Shown: one piece after another, positions 1 through 7,956 of the stretch
Position numbering within the stretch: position 1 is the stretch's first letter
Layout: each line of letters starts with the position of its first letter
DNA from: Gammaproteobacteria bacterium HGW-Gammaproteobacteria-11
GTDB lineage: Bacteria > Pseudomonadota > Gammaproteobacteria > Pseudomonadales > Pseudomonadaceae
Length of the DNA: 64,000 nucleotides
Direction of reading: 5' to 3'
NCBI GenBank assembly: GCA_002840055.1
Contig: PGZJ01000004.1
Span: forward strand, 111,236-175,235
Notes under the pieces: model-generated
Databases searched by the model: none
Told to the model about the DNA's origin: nothing
What the model saw: the letters and a program-made list of their open reading frames with translations, nothing else
Position numbers and translations under genes: made by a program

Positions 1-2
1 TT

Positions 3-1217
3 GCTGGCTTCCCTGAGTATTACGGCTACAGGGGCCGGCTTTATGAGGTGTGGGAATACCGTCTCAGCGGAGCAGGTGAAGAGATAACGGCAGAACGGGA
101 GCTGCTGTGGAGTCATGATGATCTGATTGATGATTATGAGTTTACAGACGATCTACCTGATGGCCCGCCGTATGAAGGACCGCGTGGCGCGCCGTATTGG
201 AAGGTGGATAGCACTACGCCCAGCGGGGTTAACATCGTCACCGATTTTGAGTTTGAGGTGCAGCCGATCAGTTTTGCCAGTGGTAGTCCGAACTTTTATG
301 CGCCCTTTGCCCGGACAGTTACCCGCAAGATTCCGGGCAGGGTTGTTGGTGCGTATTACCTTGAAGGCGCTATCAAGTACATCACGCTGGATGTTGAGGC
401 GCACAGTACGGCTGTGGCCACGGCTAACCACTCTGTGACCTCATCGACTCCCGGCGAAGGTTTTGTAGAGGAGAGGGCTTCTGGGTCGTCGCCAGCTTAT
501 AACTGGCCGCCTCGGATTGAGGATGGGCTGGTTATGCCTAGCTACACGGTCACCAGCACAGTTGGTTTGACCATGAGCAGCACGCTCAGCATTCGGTTGC
601 GCAATGACGGGGTTACCGTCAGCGAGTTTACGGCCACTGCATCAGGCTCGCGCAGCAGTACAACAGACAGGACATGGACGCAGGCCGGGCCGATAAACGA
701 CTTTCGTAACTTTGACATTGTGAACCCGCCTGGCTTCACCCTGCTGCCGCCAAATGACAGCAGCATTACAGCATCTGTAACAAGGACGACCACGCATAGC
801 TTTGATGGTGCAGAGCTTGACAGCAAAACCGTGAGTAGCACTGGCGACAATGATGGTTTTAGCACTATTGGGCTGGCATCAATGGTCAGCGCGATTAACA
901 ACGCAGGCGATGCGGTTAACAGTTTTGTGCAAAGCATCGGGTTTTTGGGTGTGCTTAACGCCGGCACCCGTGTGCAGCCCTGCCGCTACAACACGCACAT
1001 GCTGGCCCTGATGTGCGAGAGCCACACCAATGTGGCAGCGGACAGCCACTACCGGGTCAAGGCCATTGCTTGCAGGGATATCACTATACCGGGCAGCTTC
1101 AGCTACCAGGGTGAGCAGACGCTGTTTGCCAGCCCGGGCTTTGGCCTGTTTGGTGCCTACAACGCAGTAACCGGTGAGTACGTGCGGGATACCCCCGCCA
1201 ATTGCGTATACGTCTGA
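3..1217 (+). CDS. Phage structural/tail-associated protein, 5'-truncated by the window edge
   Basis: Frame is open from base 3; Ser/Thr-rich beta-type sequence; first gene of a tightly packed phage late operon. Confidence 0.65.
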   Translation, partial: AGFPEYYGYRGRLYEVWEYRLSGAGEEITAERELLWSHDDLIDDYEFTDDLPDGPPYEGPRGAPYWKVDSTTPSGVNIVTDFEFEVQPISFASGSPNFYAPFARTVTRKIPGRVVGAYYLEGAIKYITLDVEAHSTAVATANHSVTSSTPGEGFVEERASGSSPAYNWPPRIEDGLVMPSYTVTSTVGLTMSSTLSIRLRNDGVTVSEFTATASGSRSSTTDRTWTQAGPINDFRNFDIVNPPGFTLLPPNDSSITASVTRTTTHSFDGAELDSKTVSSTGDNDGFSTIGLASMVSAINNAGDAVNSFVQSIGFLGVLNAGTRVQPCRYNTHMLALMCESHTNVAADSHYRVKAIACRDITIPGSFSYQGEQTLFASPGFGLFGAYNAVTGEYVRDTPANCVYV

Positions 1218-1224
1218 GGGCTCT

Positions 1225-1980
1225 ATGAACTTTATCAACAACTACCGGCAGCCAATCACACTGACTGCCGGAGCAACCTCGGCTGCGCTGAGTTTGCCCG
1301 ATGGCACCTATCGCCTGACCGTGACCGATAGCCAAACCCAGCCCACCCGCTGGGAGATTCTGGAGGCCGTTGTCGTGGATGGCACAGCGGGCCTTGAGCG
1401 CGGCCTGGAGGGCACAGATGCGCAACTCTGGCCGGCGGGCAGTGTGATCTTTGCCGACCTGACGGCCGGCGTACTGACGGGGCTGATACAGCGCATTCAA
1501 GATCTGGAGGAGGCGCAGATTGCGCCCGAAGTAATCGCCGGCATTCTTGAAAGGCTGGATGCGCTTGAGGGCGGCGGTGCAGTTGATCCTGTTGAGCTTG
1601 TTTTTGAGGCCGGCAGTTTCACGGATTCTGGGTTCACCGAGAGTGGCTACCGTGACGGCTCCTTTGGTGTGCTGGTGTCGGCATCAGATTCTATCGGGGG
1701 TTCGCCTGGCTTGCTGCTCGATCGCGCGCTGCTGTTCACCGATGCAACGGGCTCGCCTACCACCTATGCGCTCAGCCTGTCGGGGTATTCAGATGAGCCG
1801 ATCACCTCCGGTTTCTATACCGTCACGGGTACCGACTTGCCCACCGATCTGGAGGGTGAGTTGCTGTATCAGGAGTTCGGCGGGTTGCCTGGCTGGGCCA
1901 TGGAAATTGACCTGGGTGAAACTGCGGTCAGCTGGCCGGACGATGATGAAATAACCTTAACGCTCACGCCCATTCTTTAA
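1225..1980 (+). CDS. Phage tail-associated protein: N-terminal adapter, short coiled coil, acidic C-terminal domain
   Basis: ATG at 1225 after GAGGG; LERGLEGT..W.AG motif recalled from phage tail proteins; heptads LIQRIQDLE and ILERLDALE. Confidence 0.6.
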   Translation: MNFINNYRQPITLTAGATSAALSLPDGTYRLTVTDSQTQPTRWEILEAVVVDGTAGLERGLEGTDAQLWPAGSVIFADLTAGVLTGLIQRIQDLEEAQIAPEVIAGILERLDALEGGGAVDPVELVFEAGSFTDSGFTESGYRDGSFGVLVSASDSIGGSPGLLLDRALLFTDATGSPTTYALSLSGYSDEPITSGFYTVTGTDLPTDLEGELLYQEFGGLPGWAMEIDLGETAVSWPDDDEITLTLTPIL

Positions 1981-2012
1981 GTCTGCCACCTTTTTGATTA
2001 GGAGCCCTGCCC

Positions 2013-2585
2013 ATGCAGCCGGCTAACGTACCCCTGTGCCTGACCGCTGGCACTACGCACCGCAGCACGTTACGCATTATGCAGCCCGGCCCTTGGGTCT
2101 ACCGCGCCGTCACGGCTATTGCCGCAGGCGCCCCGGTACGCCTGACAGTGCCAGGCCATGGCATTGAGTCAGACAGCTGGCATTGCTGGCTGACAGACGT
2201 GCAGCGCATGACTGCGCTGAACCGCGAACCGCCACAGCAGCGCCCGCATCGGGTCAGCGTGGTGGATGAAGACACCCTGATCATTGACCGCATCAGCGCC
2301 ACGGGCCAGCAGCCTGCAGGTGGTGAGCTGCGGTACCGCCCGCCGGTTGATCTGACAGGGGCTGATGTGGTGATGCAGATCCTGCCAGAGCAGGGTGATC
2401 AGGTTGTGCTGGAACTCACATTGGGTGAGGGCCTGACAGTGACCGGCCCGGGCACCATCGAGCGGCTGATAACCCCCGGGCAAATGCCCGCGCCCGGCCG
2501 GTACCGCTACCGCCTGGACGTGACATACAGCGACGGCACCCGGCACCGCTACTGGCGGGGGCCTCTGACAGTGGAGGCAGGCTGA
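2013..2585 (+). CDS. Phage tail/baseplate-associated hypothetical protein
   Basis: AGGAG RBS; C-terminal PVDLTG...YRYRLDVTYSDG...G pattern resembles baseplate-upper (BppU-like) N-terminal domains (recall). Confidence 0.6.
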   Translation: MQPANVPLCLTAGTTHRSTLRIMQPGPWVYRAVTAIAAGAPVRLTVPGHGIESDSWHCWLTDVQRMTALNREPPQQRPHRVSVVDEDTLIIDRISATGQQPAGGELRYRPPVDLTGADVVMQILPEQGDQVVLELTLGEGLTVTGPGTIERLITPGQMPAPGRYRYRLDVTYSDGTRHRYWRGPLTVEAG

Positions 2586-3067
2586 TGGATTGCTGCGATT
2601 GCTATGCCCTGGAGGTAGAGCGCGACTATGCGGTGACGGTGGATGCTGAGCCGGATGTGATTGTGATCACGGATGGGGAGCAGGGGCCGCCAGGTGTAAC
2701 CGGTGAACCAGGCCCTGCGGGTGGGTCTGCAATCCAACGTGTTGCAGGTGTCGCTATCAGCGCCTTGCAAGTGGTGTACGAAGCAAGCGGGGCCGTATAC
2801 CCCCTCAGCTACTTGGACGATGAAAACATCGAGTTTCTGCTTGGTATAGCACTTACAGCTGCTGACCAGGGAAACCCGCTCAACATCCAGCGCAGTGGGG
2901 TTGTAAATGATAGCGCTTGGAGTTGGACGCCCGGGCCGGTTTGGCTTGGCGCAAACGGGGCGCTGACACAAACCCCGCCCAGTGACGGCTTTGATGTGGC
3001 GATAGGCGTGGCTGTATCAGCAACGCGACTGAACTTAAACCTGCAATTCCCCATAGAACTGGAGTAA
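2585..3067 (+). CDS. Phage fibre/decoration protein with a short collagen-like GXY run
   Basis: TGATG coupling to the previous gene; GEQ-GPP-GVT-GEP-GPA; C-terminal domain paralogous to the next gene. Confidence 0.6.
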   Translation: MDCCDCYALEVERDYAVTVDAEPDVIVITDGEQGPPGVTGEPGPAGGSAIQRVAGVAISALQVVYEASGAVYPLSYLDDENIEFLLGIALTAADQGNPLNIQRSGVVNDSAWSWTPGPVWLGANGALTQTPPSDGFDVAIGVAVSATRLNLNLQFPIELE

Positions 3068-3072
3068 ATACC

Positions 3073-3591
3073 ATGGCTCAAGGCTTTCTGGCCCGCGTTG
3101 CGGGTAAAACTAAACAACTGTTCGCGGTGGTCAGTTCACTGGGCGCGGCGGACGCGGGGAAAATCGCTGCGCTTGACACGGATGGGCGCTTCAATATGTC
3201 GGTGATGCCGCTGGGTATTGGCGCGCAAACAACCCCGGCGGTGGCCAGCGAGCTGCTTACGGCGGGCAAGTTTGTGCAGTTCTTTGATGATGATGGCACG
3301 TTCTCGGTGCGGCTGGCGGATAACAGCAACGGGCGCTTTGCTGACGGGTTCGTGGCGGCTGAGGTCGCAGAGGCGGCAATCGCAGAGGTGTATACCCTTG
3401 ACGGCACAAATGCCTCCCTTACAGGACTCACGCCCGGGGTGCGCTACTGGCTTGGGACCGCAGGCGCTGTAACAGCCACCCCGCTTGATGAAACGGACGT
3501 GGCGAACGTCAACAAGGTCAGTCAGTACCTCGGCGTAGCGAAAAGCACAACCGAGCTTGTGACTGATGATGACAGCTTTGTGGTGCTCTGA
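3073..3591 (+). CDS. Phage fibre/decoration protein (cement/DUF2190-like domain suspected)
   Basis: GGAG RBS; TPG..YWLG..GA.T.TP...GVA.S.T.L motif shared with the preceding gene. Confidence 0.55.
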   Translation: MAQGFLARVAGKTKQLFAVVSSLGAADAGKIAALDTDGRFNMSVMPLGIGAQTTPAVASELLTAGKFVQFFDDDGTFSVRLADNSNGRFADGFVAAEVAEAAIAEVYTLDGTNASLTGLTPGVRYWLGTAGAVTATPLDETDVANVNKVSQYLGVAKSTTELVTDDDSFVVL

Positions 3592-4526
3592 TGGCTACGC
3601 GGCGAGCGCTAGTCAGGATTAACGGGCGGGTCACGCAGCTGCCGGCGGCTGATACGCTCGCCGGTGCTGGGATGGTTCGGTTCACCGAAGAGCGCCACGA
3701 CGAGTCGCCTAATGACGCTGCGCCCGTGCACTCGATAACGCCGGTAGGGTCGGAGACGAGCATCGACTTTGCTATTGTCAGCAAGGGTAGCGGGGCGCTC
3801 ACTCTCAGCGTACCGGATGGCACGAGCGCGGGGGGTAACAAGCGGGGATCGCGGGCGGTAGACCTGCAAATGCTAAGGTTCAACCCGACGCAGGTAGCGA
3901 GCGGCGGCCACTCTTTCATCGGGGCAGGGAGGTACAACACTGCGGGTGGGTCGTACAGCGCGGTGGTAGGGGGAGAGCGCAACACTTCGTCGGGGGTCAA
4001 CTCGATGTCGTGGGGGTTCGACAACCTCGCAGACGCTTCGAACGCGACGTGTGTTGGTGGGCAGTACTTGACGACGCGCGGGTTAAATAGCGCTGTGGCG
4101 GAGGGGAACTCGGACTCCGCGCGCGGAGCGAACCAAGTACGCCGGGTTACGTTACGGCGCATCGCGGCGGACGCTACGGCTACTGCGCTGACAGCGAACG
4201 GTGGGTCAGAGTCAGGTAGCAATACCATAATACTGCCCGTCAACTCTGCGTTCCATTGCCGGGTACGAGTGGTAGCGCGTAACACAGTCACCAATACGTG
4301 TAAGAGCTGGGAAGGGAAGGCGCTCGTGAAGCGCCTTACGGCTGCCTCATCCGTTACCATAATCGGAAGTACGATCACCGGGGACTACGGAGAGTCCGGG
4401 CTATCTGCCTGCGTCGTGGCGTTCGGTGTTAATACGACTCTTGGATCTTTTTCTGTTAATGCGACCGGCATTTCTGGCCAGTCTATTCGATGGACAGCGC
4501 AGGTCGATATGGTCGAATGTGCATGA
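3591..4526 (+). CDS. Putative tail fibre/receptor-binding protein with YadA-head-like Gly/Asn repeats
   Basis: TGATG coupling; roughly 15-residue repeats (GRYNTAGGSYSAVVG, GERNTSSGVNSMSWG); last gene before the lysis module. Confidence 0.65.
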   Translation: MATRRALVRINGRVTQLPAADTLAGAGMVRFTEERHDESPNDAAPVHSITPVGSETSIDFAIVSKGSGALTLSVPDGTSAGGNKRGSRAVDLQMLRFNPTQVASGGHSFIGAGRYNTAGGSYSAVVGGERNTSSGVNSMSWGFDNLADASNATCVGGQYLTTRGLNSAVAEGNSDSARGANQVRRVTLRRIAADATATALTANGGSESGSNTIILPVNSAFHCRVRVVARNTVTNTCKSWEGKALVKRLTAASSVTIIGSTITGDYGESGLSACVVAFGVNTTLGSFSVNATGISGQSIRWTAQVDMVECA

Positions 4527-4639
4527 TAAGGCCGGGACTGCTAAACCCGGCGCGGCACAAACTTGCCCCACTTCCGTGTGGATGCGGGGCAATAATAGCA
4601 GCCTGGCAGGGTAGTGCTTTGAACTGAGTCACAAAACAT

Positions 4640-4660
4640 AACCGCGAAAGCGGTTTTTTT
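4640..4660 (+). terminator. Intrinsic terminator immediately upstream of the endolysin RBS
   Basis: AACCGC-GAAA-GCGGTT followed by a T run. Confidence 0.75.
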
Positions 4661-4675
4661 ATGCCTGGAGGTTTT

Positions 4676-5188
4676 ATGCAGCCGGTCACTACGGCCATTC
4701 AGTTTTTCCCTGCGCATGAGCTTGAGTGCAAAGGTAGTCGCAAGCGGGATGCAAGTGGCAGAGGCATAGCTGGTACGGGTGTGATCAAGATGGACCCACG
4801 CTTTGCTCAGGCCCTGCCTGTGCTGCGAGGTGAGTGGGGCCGGCCGCTGAGTCCGAACAGCGTGTGCCGAACGCCCGGCCATAACAATCTGCCGGTCAAG
4901 CAGGGCGGGGCCGGTGGCCACCCGAACAGCTTGCATCTGACTGAGAACCCCAAGTGGCCGACGCTGGGCACCATGGGTGCAGACATTCAGTGGCGCAGTT
5001 GGTCAACGCGCACAAAGCTGGCCTTTGCTCGGCTGGCCTGGCGGCTCGGTTGGGCGGTCGGTTTGCATGACGGCTTTTGCCACGTTGACCGGCGCGGGGA
5101 TCTCGGCCTGCCGAACCTGCCGCGCGCGGTGTTCTTGTACGGTACCTGGAGCGGGGCATTCAGCCCGCAGGATGTGATCAATGCTTAG
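4676..5188 (+). CDS. Endolysin, peptidase M15 (Zn D-Ala-D-Ala peptidase fold)
   Basis: GGAGG RBS; S..R...HN, SLH, GADI and FCHVD zinc-peptidase motifs; lies directly upstream of spanins. Confidence 0.8.
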   Translation: MQPVTTAIQFFPAHELECKGSRKRDASGRGIAGTGVIKMDPRFAQALPVLRGEWGRPLSPNSVCRTPGHNNLPVKQGGAGGHPNSLHLTENPKWPTLGTMGADIQWRSWSTRTKLAFARLAWRLGWAVGLHDGFCHVDRRGDLGLPNLPRAVFLYGTWSGAFSPQDVINA

Positions 5189-5648
5189 CGCAATGAGTGT
5201 GATGAAAAAGGTTCTGCCCTGGCTGGCTGTGCTGCTTGTGGTCGCGGCCTGTGCGTGGTGGATTGTCAGCCCGCGCATTGAGTTGCATGTGCAGCGTGCT
5301 GATACAGCAGAGCAGCAGCTGGCCCAAGCGCAATTGCAGATCGAGTTGCAAGCGCAAGTGCTGGAAGGGCATCACAGGCAACAGGAACGCCTGGCAGAGC
5401 TAGACCGCCAGATCCGGCAAATGGGTCAAACCATCGCTACTAATGCCCGGCAGCATGGCCGCGCGCTCGAGGAGCTAAAACGCAATGACGAAACTATCAG
5501 CGATTACCTGCGCACTGCTGTGCCTACTGATCTCGGCCTGCTCTACGCCCGCCCCAACACAACCGATCCCGCCGCCTACCGCGCCGCCGGTGACGTGCAA
5601 CCTGGTGCCGTGCCAACTACCGGGCCGCTCGCCGCTGGTGGTGACTGA
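5181..5648 (+). CDS. i-spanin (Rz-like)
   Basis: N-terminal TM helix, long coiled coil, follows the endolysin; the start could be 5193 or 5202. Confidence 0.8.
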   Translation: MLSAMSVMKKVLPWLAVLLVVAACAWWIVSPRIELHVQRADTAEQQLAQAQLQIELQAQVLEGHHRQQERLAELDRQIRQMGQTIATNARQHGRALEELKRNDETISDYLRTAVPTDLGLLYARPNTTDPAAYRAAGDVQPGAVPTTGPLAAGGD

Positions 5649-5748
5649 CGATTGGCGGCAGGCGCTGGATGATGTGGAGGGTGCGCTTGAGTCGTGTGCG
5701 GTGCAGGTGTTGGGGTGTGTTGAGAGGCAGTCCCTTGCCCCTCAGTGA
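5485..5748 (+). CDS. o-spanin (Rz1-like lipoprotein) overlapping Rz in another frame
   Basis: GAGGAG RBS inside Rz; lipobox LISA-C; Pro-rich linker with extra Cys. Confidence 0.82.
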   Translation: MTKLSAITCALLCLLISACSTPAPTQPIPPPTAPPVTCNLVPCQLPGRSPLVVTDDWRQALDDVEGALESCAVQVLGCVERQSLAPQ

Positions 5749-7052
5749 TCAATGCTGATGATATCGTTCAGAGCTTGGTCATACGCATTGATCGCCCGCC
5801 ACTTGTCTGGCATGGCTGCGTCCGGGTTGTTGGCGTAGTGCTTGTTGGCTATGCCGCCTTGGTTGTGATCCTGCAGCAGGTCACGCAGGTAAGGCTCAAT
5901 GCCGGCGCGCTGCATGATTTGTTTGGCAGTGCGGCGCAGGTCGCGGGGTGTGAAGGGTTGTACGCGTTCGCCGGTTTCCTTGTTGATGCTGGCGTCTTTG
6001 TCATCACAGAACCGGATCACGGCATTGCGTGGGGTGCTGATGTTGATGGGTGCCTGGCTGGTAAAGCTCCACGGCCACGGGTGGTGCCCGGTGATCTCTT
6101 TGACGCGCAGCATTATCTCTATGGCGCGATCAGTGAGGGGGATCAGGTGCACGCGGGCCTTGCCTCGGCCCTTGAGGCTGGCCGTGCGAACGGTTCTGGC
6201 TTGCAGATCATAGTCTGGCCAAGGCGCAACGATCAGCCGGTACGGGCGCTGGCCACCTGTGGCTATAACAAACTGCAGCAGCAGGGTGGTCAGCTCGCCT
6301 ACCTTCTTGGCTTTGATGCAGTTGTGCCAGAAGTGGTGCAGCTCGGCGTCTGTCAGAGCGCGTTCATGCGCTGTCTCGCCCTCGGGCTGCTTGCGTATGG
6401 CGGCCACCGGGTTGTGCACCAGGCCAAACACCTTTCTACTTTTGCGGCCGATATCATACTCGGCCTGCAGTCCGTACTGAAAGGCGGCGTGCAGGTAGGT
6501 GCGGGCGCGGTTGTACTGCGTCTTGGCACCGCGTTCCCATACTGGGGCCAGCAGCTGCAGGGCTTGTTCAGGCTCAATGTCCCGGGCCTTCATGGCTACT
6601 ATGTCTGGGTGCTTGTCGATGAAGTCCACGCGGATGATCCGCGCAATCTCTTTTGCTGAGGTGGTGCCGGTGGCCAACAGGTTGCTGGCGTAGTCCTGCA
6701 GCAGATCCTGCAATGATCCCCGCTGTGCTTCAGCCGCTGCAGCCTGGGCTGCTTTGCGGCTTTCCTCCTGTTCTGCCTCCTCTGATTCAGCCAGCCAGCC
6801 CTTCAGGTCTGGATGCTCCCCGCGTTGCGCTGCCAGATCCGTGGCCTTTGCTCGACACTCGGCCAGGCTGATCTGCCCATACCTTCCCAGCTTCAGCATC
6901 TGTCGCTTGCCGTCAAAAAAATACTGGTAGTATGCTTCGATGGTCTGCGAGTCTCTGCGCTTGAACACCAGCGCCCCGTCACCGCGCCCACCCACAGCTT
7001 CAGCTGCCTGGGTCTTGAGCGCCTTCACTTCCTTGTCTGTGAGTCTTTTCAT
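5742..7052 (-). CDS. Tyrosine integrase, P4-like, with N-terminal arm-binding domain
   Basis: 436 aa; LTDKEVKALK...LGRYGQISLAECR arm domain; TGGQR, RDLRRT, LQDH and KHY catalytic motifs; next to a tRNA fragment. Confidence 0.93.
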   Translation of the reverse strand: MKRLTDKEVKALKTQAAEAVGGRGDGALVFKRRDSQTIEAYYQYFFDGKRQMLKLGRYGQISLAECRAKATDLAAQRGEHPDLKGWLAESEEAEQEESRKAAQAAAAEAQRGSLQDLLQDYASNLLATGTTSAKEIARIIRVDFIDKHPDIVAMKARDIEPEQALQLLAPVWERGAKTQYNRARTYLHAAFQYGLQAEYDIGRKSRKVFGLVHNPVAAIRKQPEGETAHERALTDAELHHFWHNCIKAKKVGELTTLLLQFVIATGGQRPYRLIVAPWPDYDLQARTVRTASLKGRGKARVHLIPLTDRAIEIMLRVKEITGHHPWPWSFTSQAPINISTPRNAVIRFCDDKDASINKETGERVQPFTPRDLRRTAKQIMQRAGIEPYLRDLLQDHNQGGIANKHYANNPDAAMPDKWRAINAYDQALNDIISIDH

Positions 7053-7075
7053 TGGTGGCAGTTTTGGTGGCAGTT
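7052..7075. repeat. Tandem 12-bp direct repeat TTGGTGGCAGTT x2, putative integrase arm-type sites
   Basis: Exact copies at 7052-7063 and 7064-7075 between the int start and att; IHF-like TAAGCTGCTGATT at 7130-7142. Confidence 0.75.
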
Positions 7076-7201
7076 AGAGTCGGGTTGGCATCATATCCGG
7101 TCGGACTCGGCAGGACAAACGCCACTCTGTAAGCTGCTGATTTTTCAGAGATAGGCTGAAAAATATGGACGCTGACGGAATCGGCGGGACGGAATTTTTA
7201 A

Positions 7202-7249
7202 CGCCTCCTAAGCGGTAGGTCCCCGGTTCGAATCCGGGCTCGCGCACCA
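7202..7249 (+). pseudogene. 3' half of tRNA-Arg(CCT) = prophage attachment site
   Basis: Anticodon loop CTCCTAA, T-arm CCCGG-TTCGAAT-CCGGG, acceptor 3' strand and CCA; no D-arm or 5' acceptor strand upstream. Confidence 0.88.
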
Positions 7250-7278
7250 TTTGTCCTAGTCACTCTGCGCAGAGCGGC

Positions 7279-7956
7279 TCAGCGCGCGCCAAATACCTTT
7301 TTCGCCAAGCTGGTCGCTGCTGCGGCCGGGTTGTTTCTGATTTCTGCTTCCTGCTCTGCCATGATCGCAAACAGGCCATTCAGTGCCTGTTCGGTGACAT
7401 AGCTTTCGATACTGGCATCCTGAGACTGAATTGCACCATAGCGCGCGGCCTGTCCGGCAAACTGGTTGTATTGCTGAGCCAGTCCGACCTGTGCTGTCGC
7501 TTCGCTGACCACAGGCAGTAGGGCAGTTCGCAGTGCGGGTCTGCTGCTGCTATCCAGATACCGCGTAGCGCTGTCCTGAGGCCCGGACAGGATGCTGCGA
7601 GCATCGCTCAGGGTCATGTTCTGAATCGCCTGGACCAGCAATGCCTGGGCATTGGGTACGGCCGCCTCGGCCGCGAGGTTCATGCTGTTTTCCAGCTGCG
7701 TGACCTGTGCACCCATGCCCATCATTTTCATGGTTCTTGCTGCGGTTCCCAGGTGCCCCGGCAGGCTGATGCGACGTTGCGAGTCGTTGCTGAAACCTCC
7801 GGGCCTTCCGAGCTGTTGAACGGCACTGTTGGCAGCTTGAACAAGTGCGTCCTTCAGTCCGCTGCTGGTTTCCTGCTGAGTCAAGTCGCTGAGCGTCTGG
7901 GATGCAGCAAGCATGGGTGTCAGAAGCAGGCAGGCAAATGCGAGTATCCGAAGCAT
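7279..7956 (-). CDS. DUF4197 family exported protein
   Basis: Signal peptide; GLKDAL, MN.AAE.A, ILSG..DSAT.YL and AKKVFG motifs. Confidence 0.85.
   Translation of the reverse strand: MLRILAFACLLLTPMLAASQTLSDLTQQETSSGLKDALVQAANSAVQQLGRPGGFSNDSQRRISLPGHLGTAARTMKMMGMGAQVTQLENSMNLAAEAAVPNAQALLVQAIQNMTLSDARSILSGPQDSATRYLDSSSRPALRTALLPVVSEATAQVGLAQQYNQFAGQAARYGAIQSQDASIESYVTEQALNGLFAIMAEQEAEIRNNPAAAATSLAKKVFGAR

Larger units (their letters stand above)
1..7249. mobile_element. Prophage, right-hand end (tail/fibre module, lysis module, integrase, att site); extends beyond the left edge of the window
   Basis: Co-directional structural-type genes, endolysin-Rz-Rz1, tyrosine integrase, then a 3' tRNA fragment followed by housekeeping genes. 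Confidence 0.93.

Noticed and set aside
1983-1990. CTGCCACC matching part of the integrase arm repeat
   Set aside because: Single 8-bp match far from att; expected by chance
1-4660. Diversity-generating retroelement or invertible tail-fibre switch
   Set aside because: No reverse transcriptase, invertase, template/variable repeat pair or inverted crossover sites seen in the window; the unseen part of the prophage cannot be excluded
4527-4660. Known riboswitch (e.g. c-di-GMP-I) before the lysis genes
   Set aside because: Hairpins are present but I could not match the conserved core of any family I know; kept only as a structured leader
5745-6659. 304-aa ORF antisense to the integrase, and similar long antisense ORFs (e.g. 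51159-52949, 47363-48451, 34653-35624, 25690-26760)
   Set aside because: Shadow frames of high-GC genes; no RBS or motifs, and fully overlapped by well-supported genes
7170-7249. Intact tRNA-Arg gene
   Set aside because: The sequence upstream of the anticodon arm cannot form a D-arm or pair with the acceptor 3' strand; only the 3' half is present
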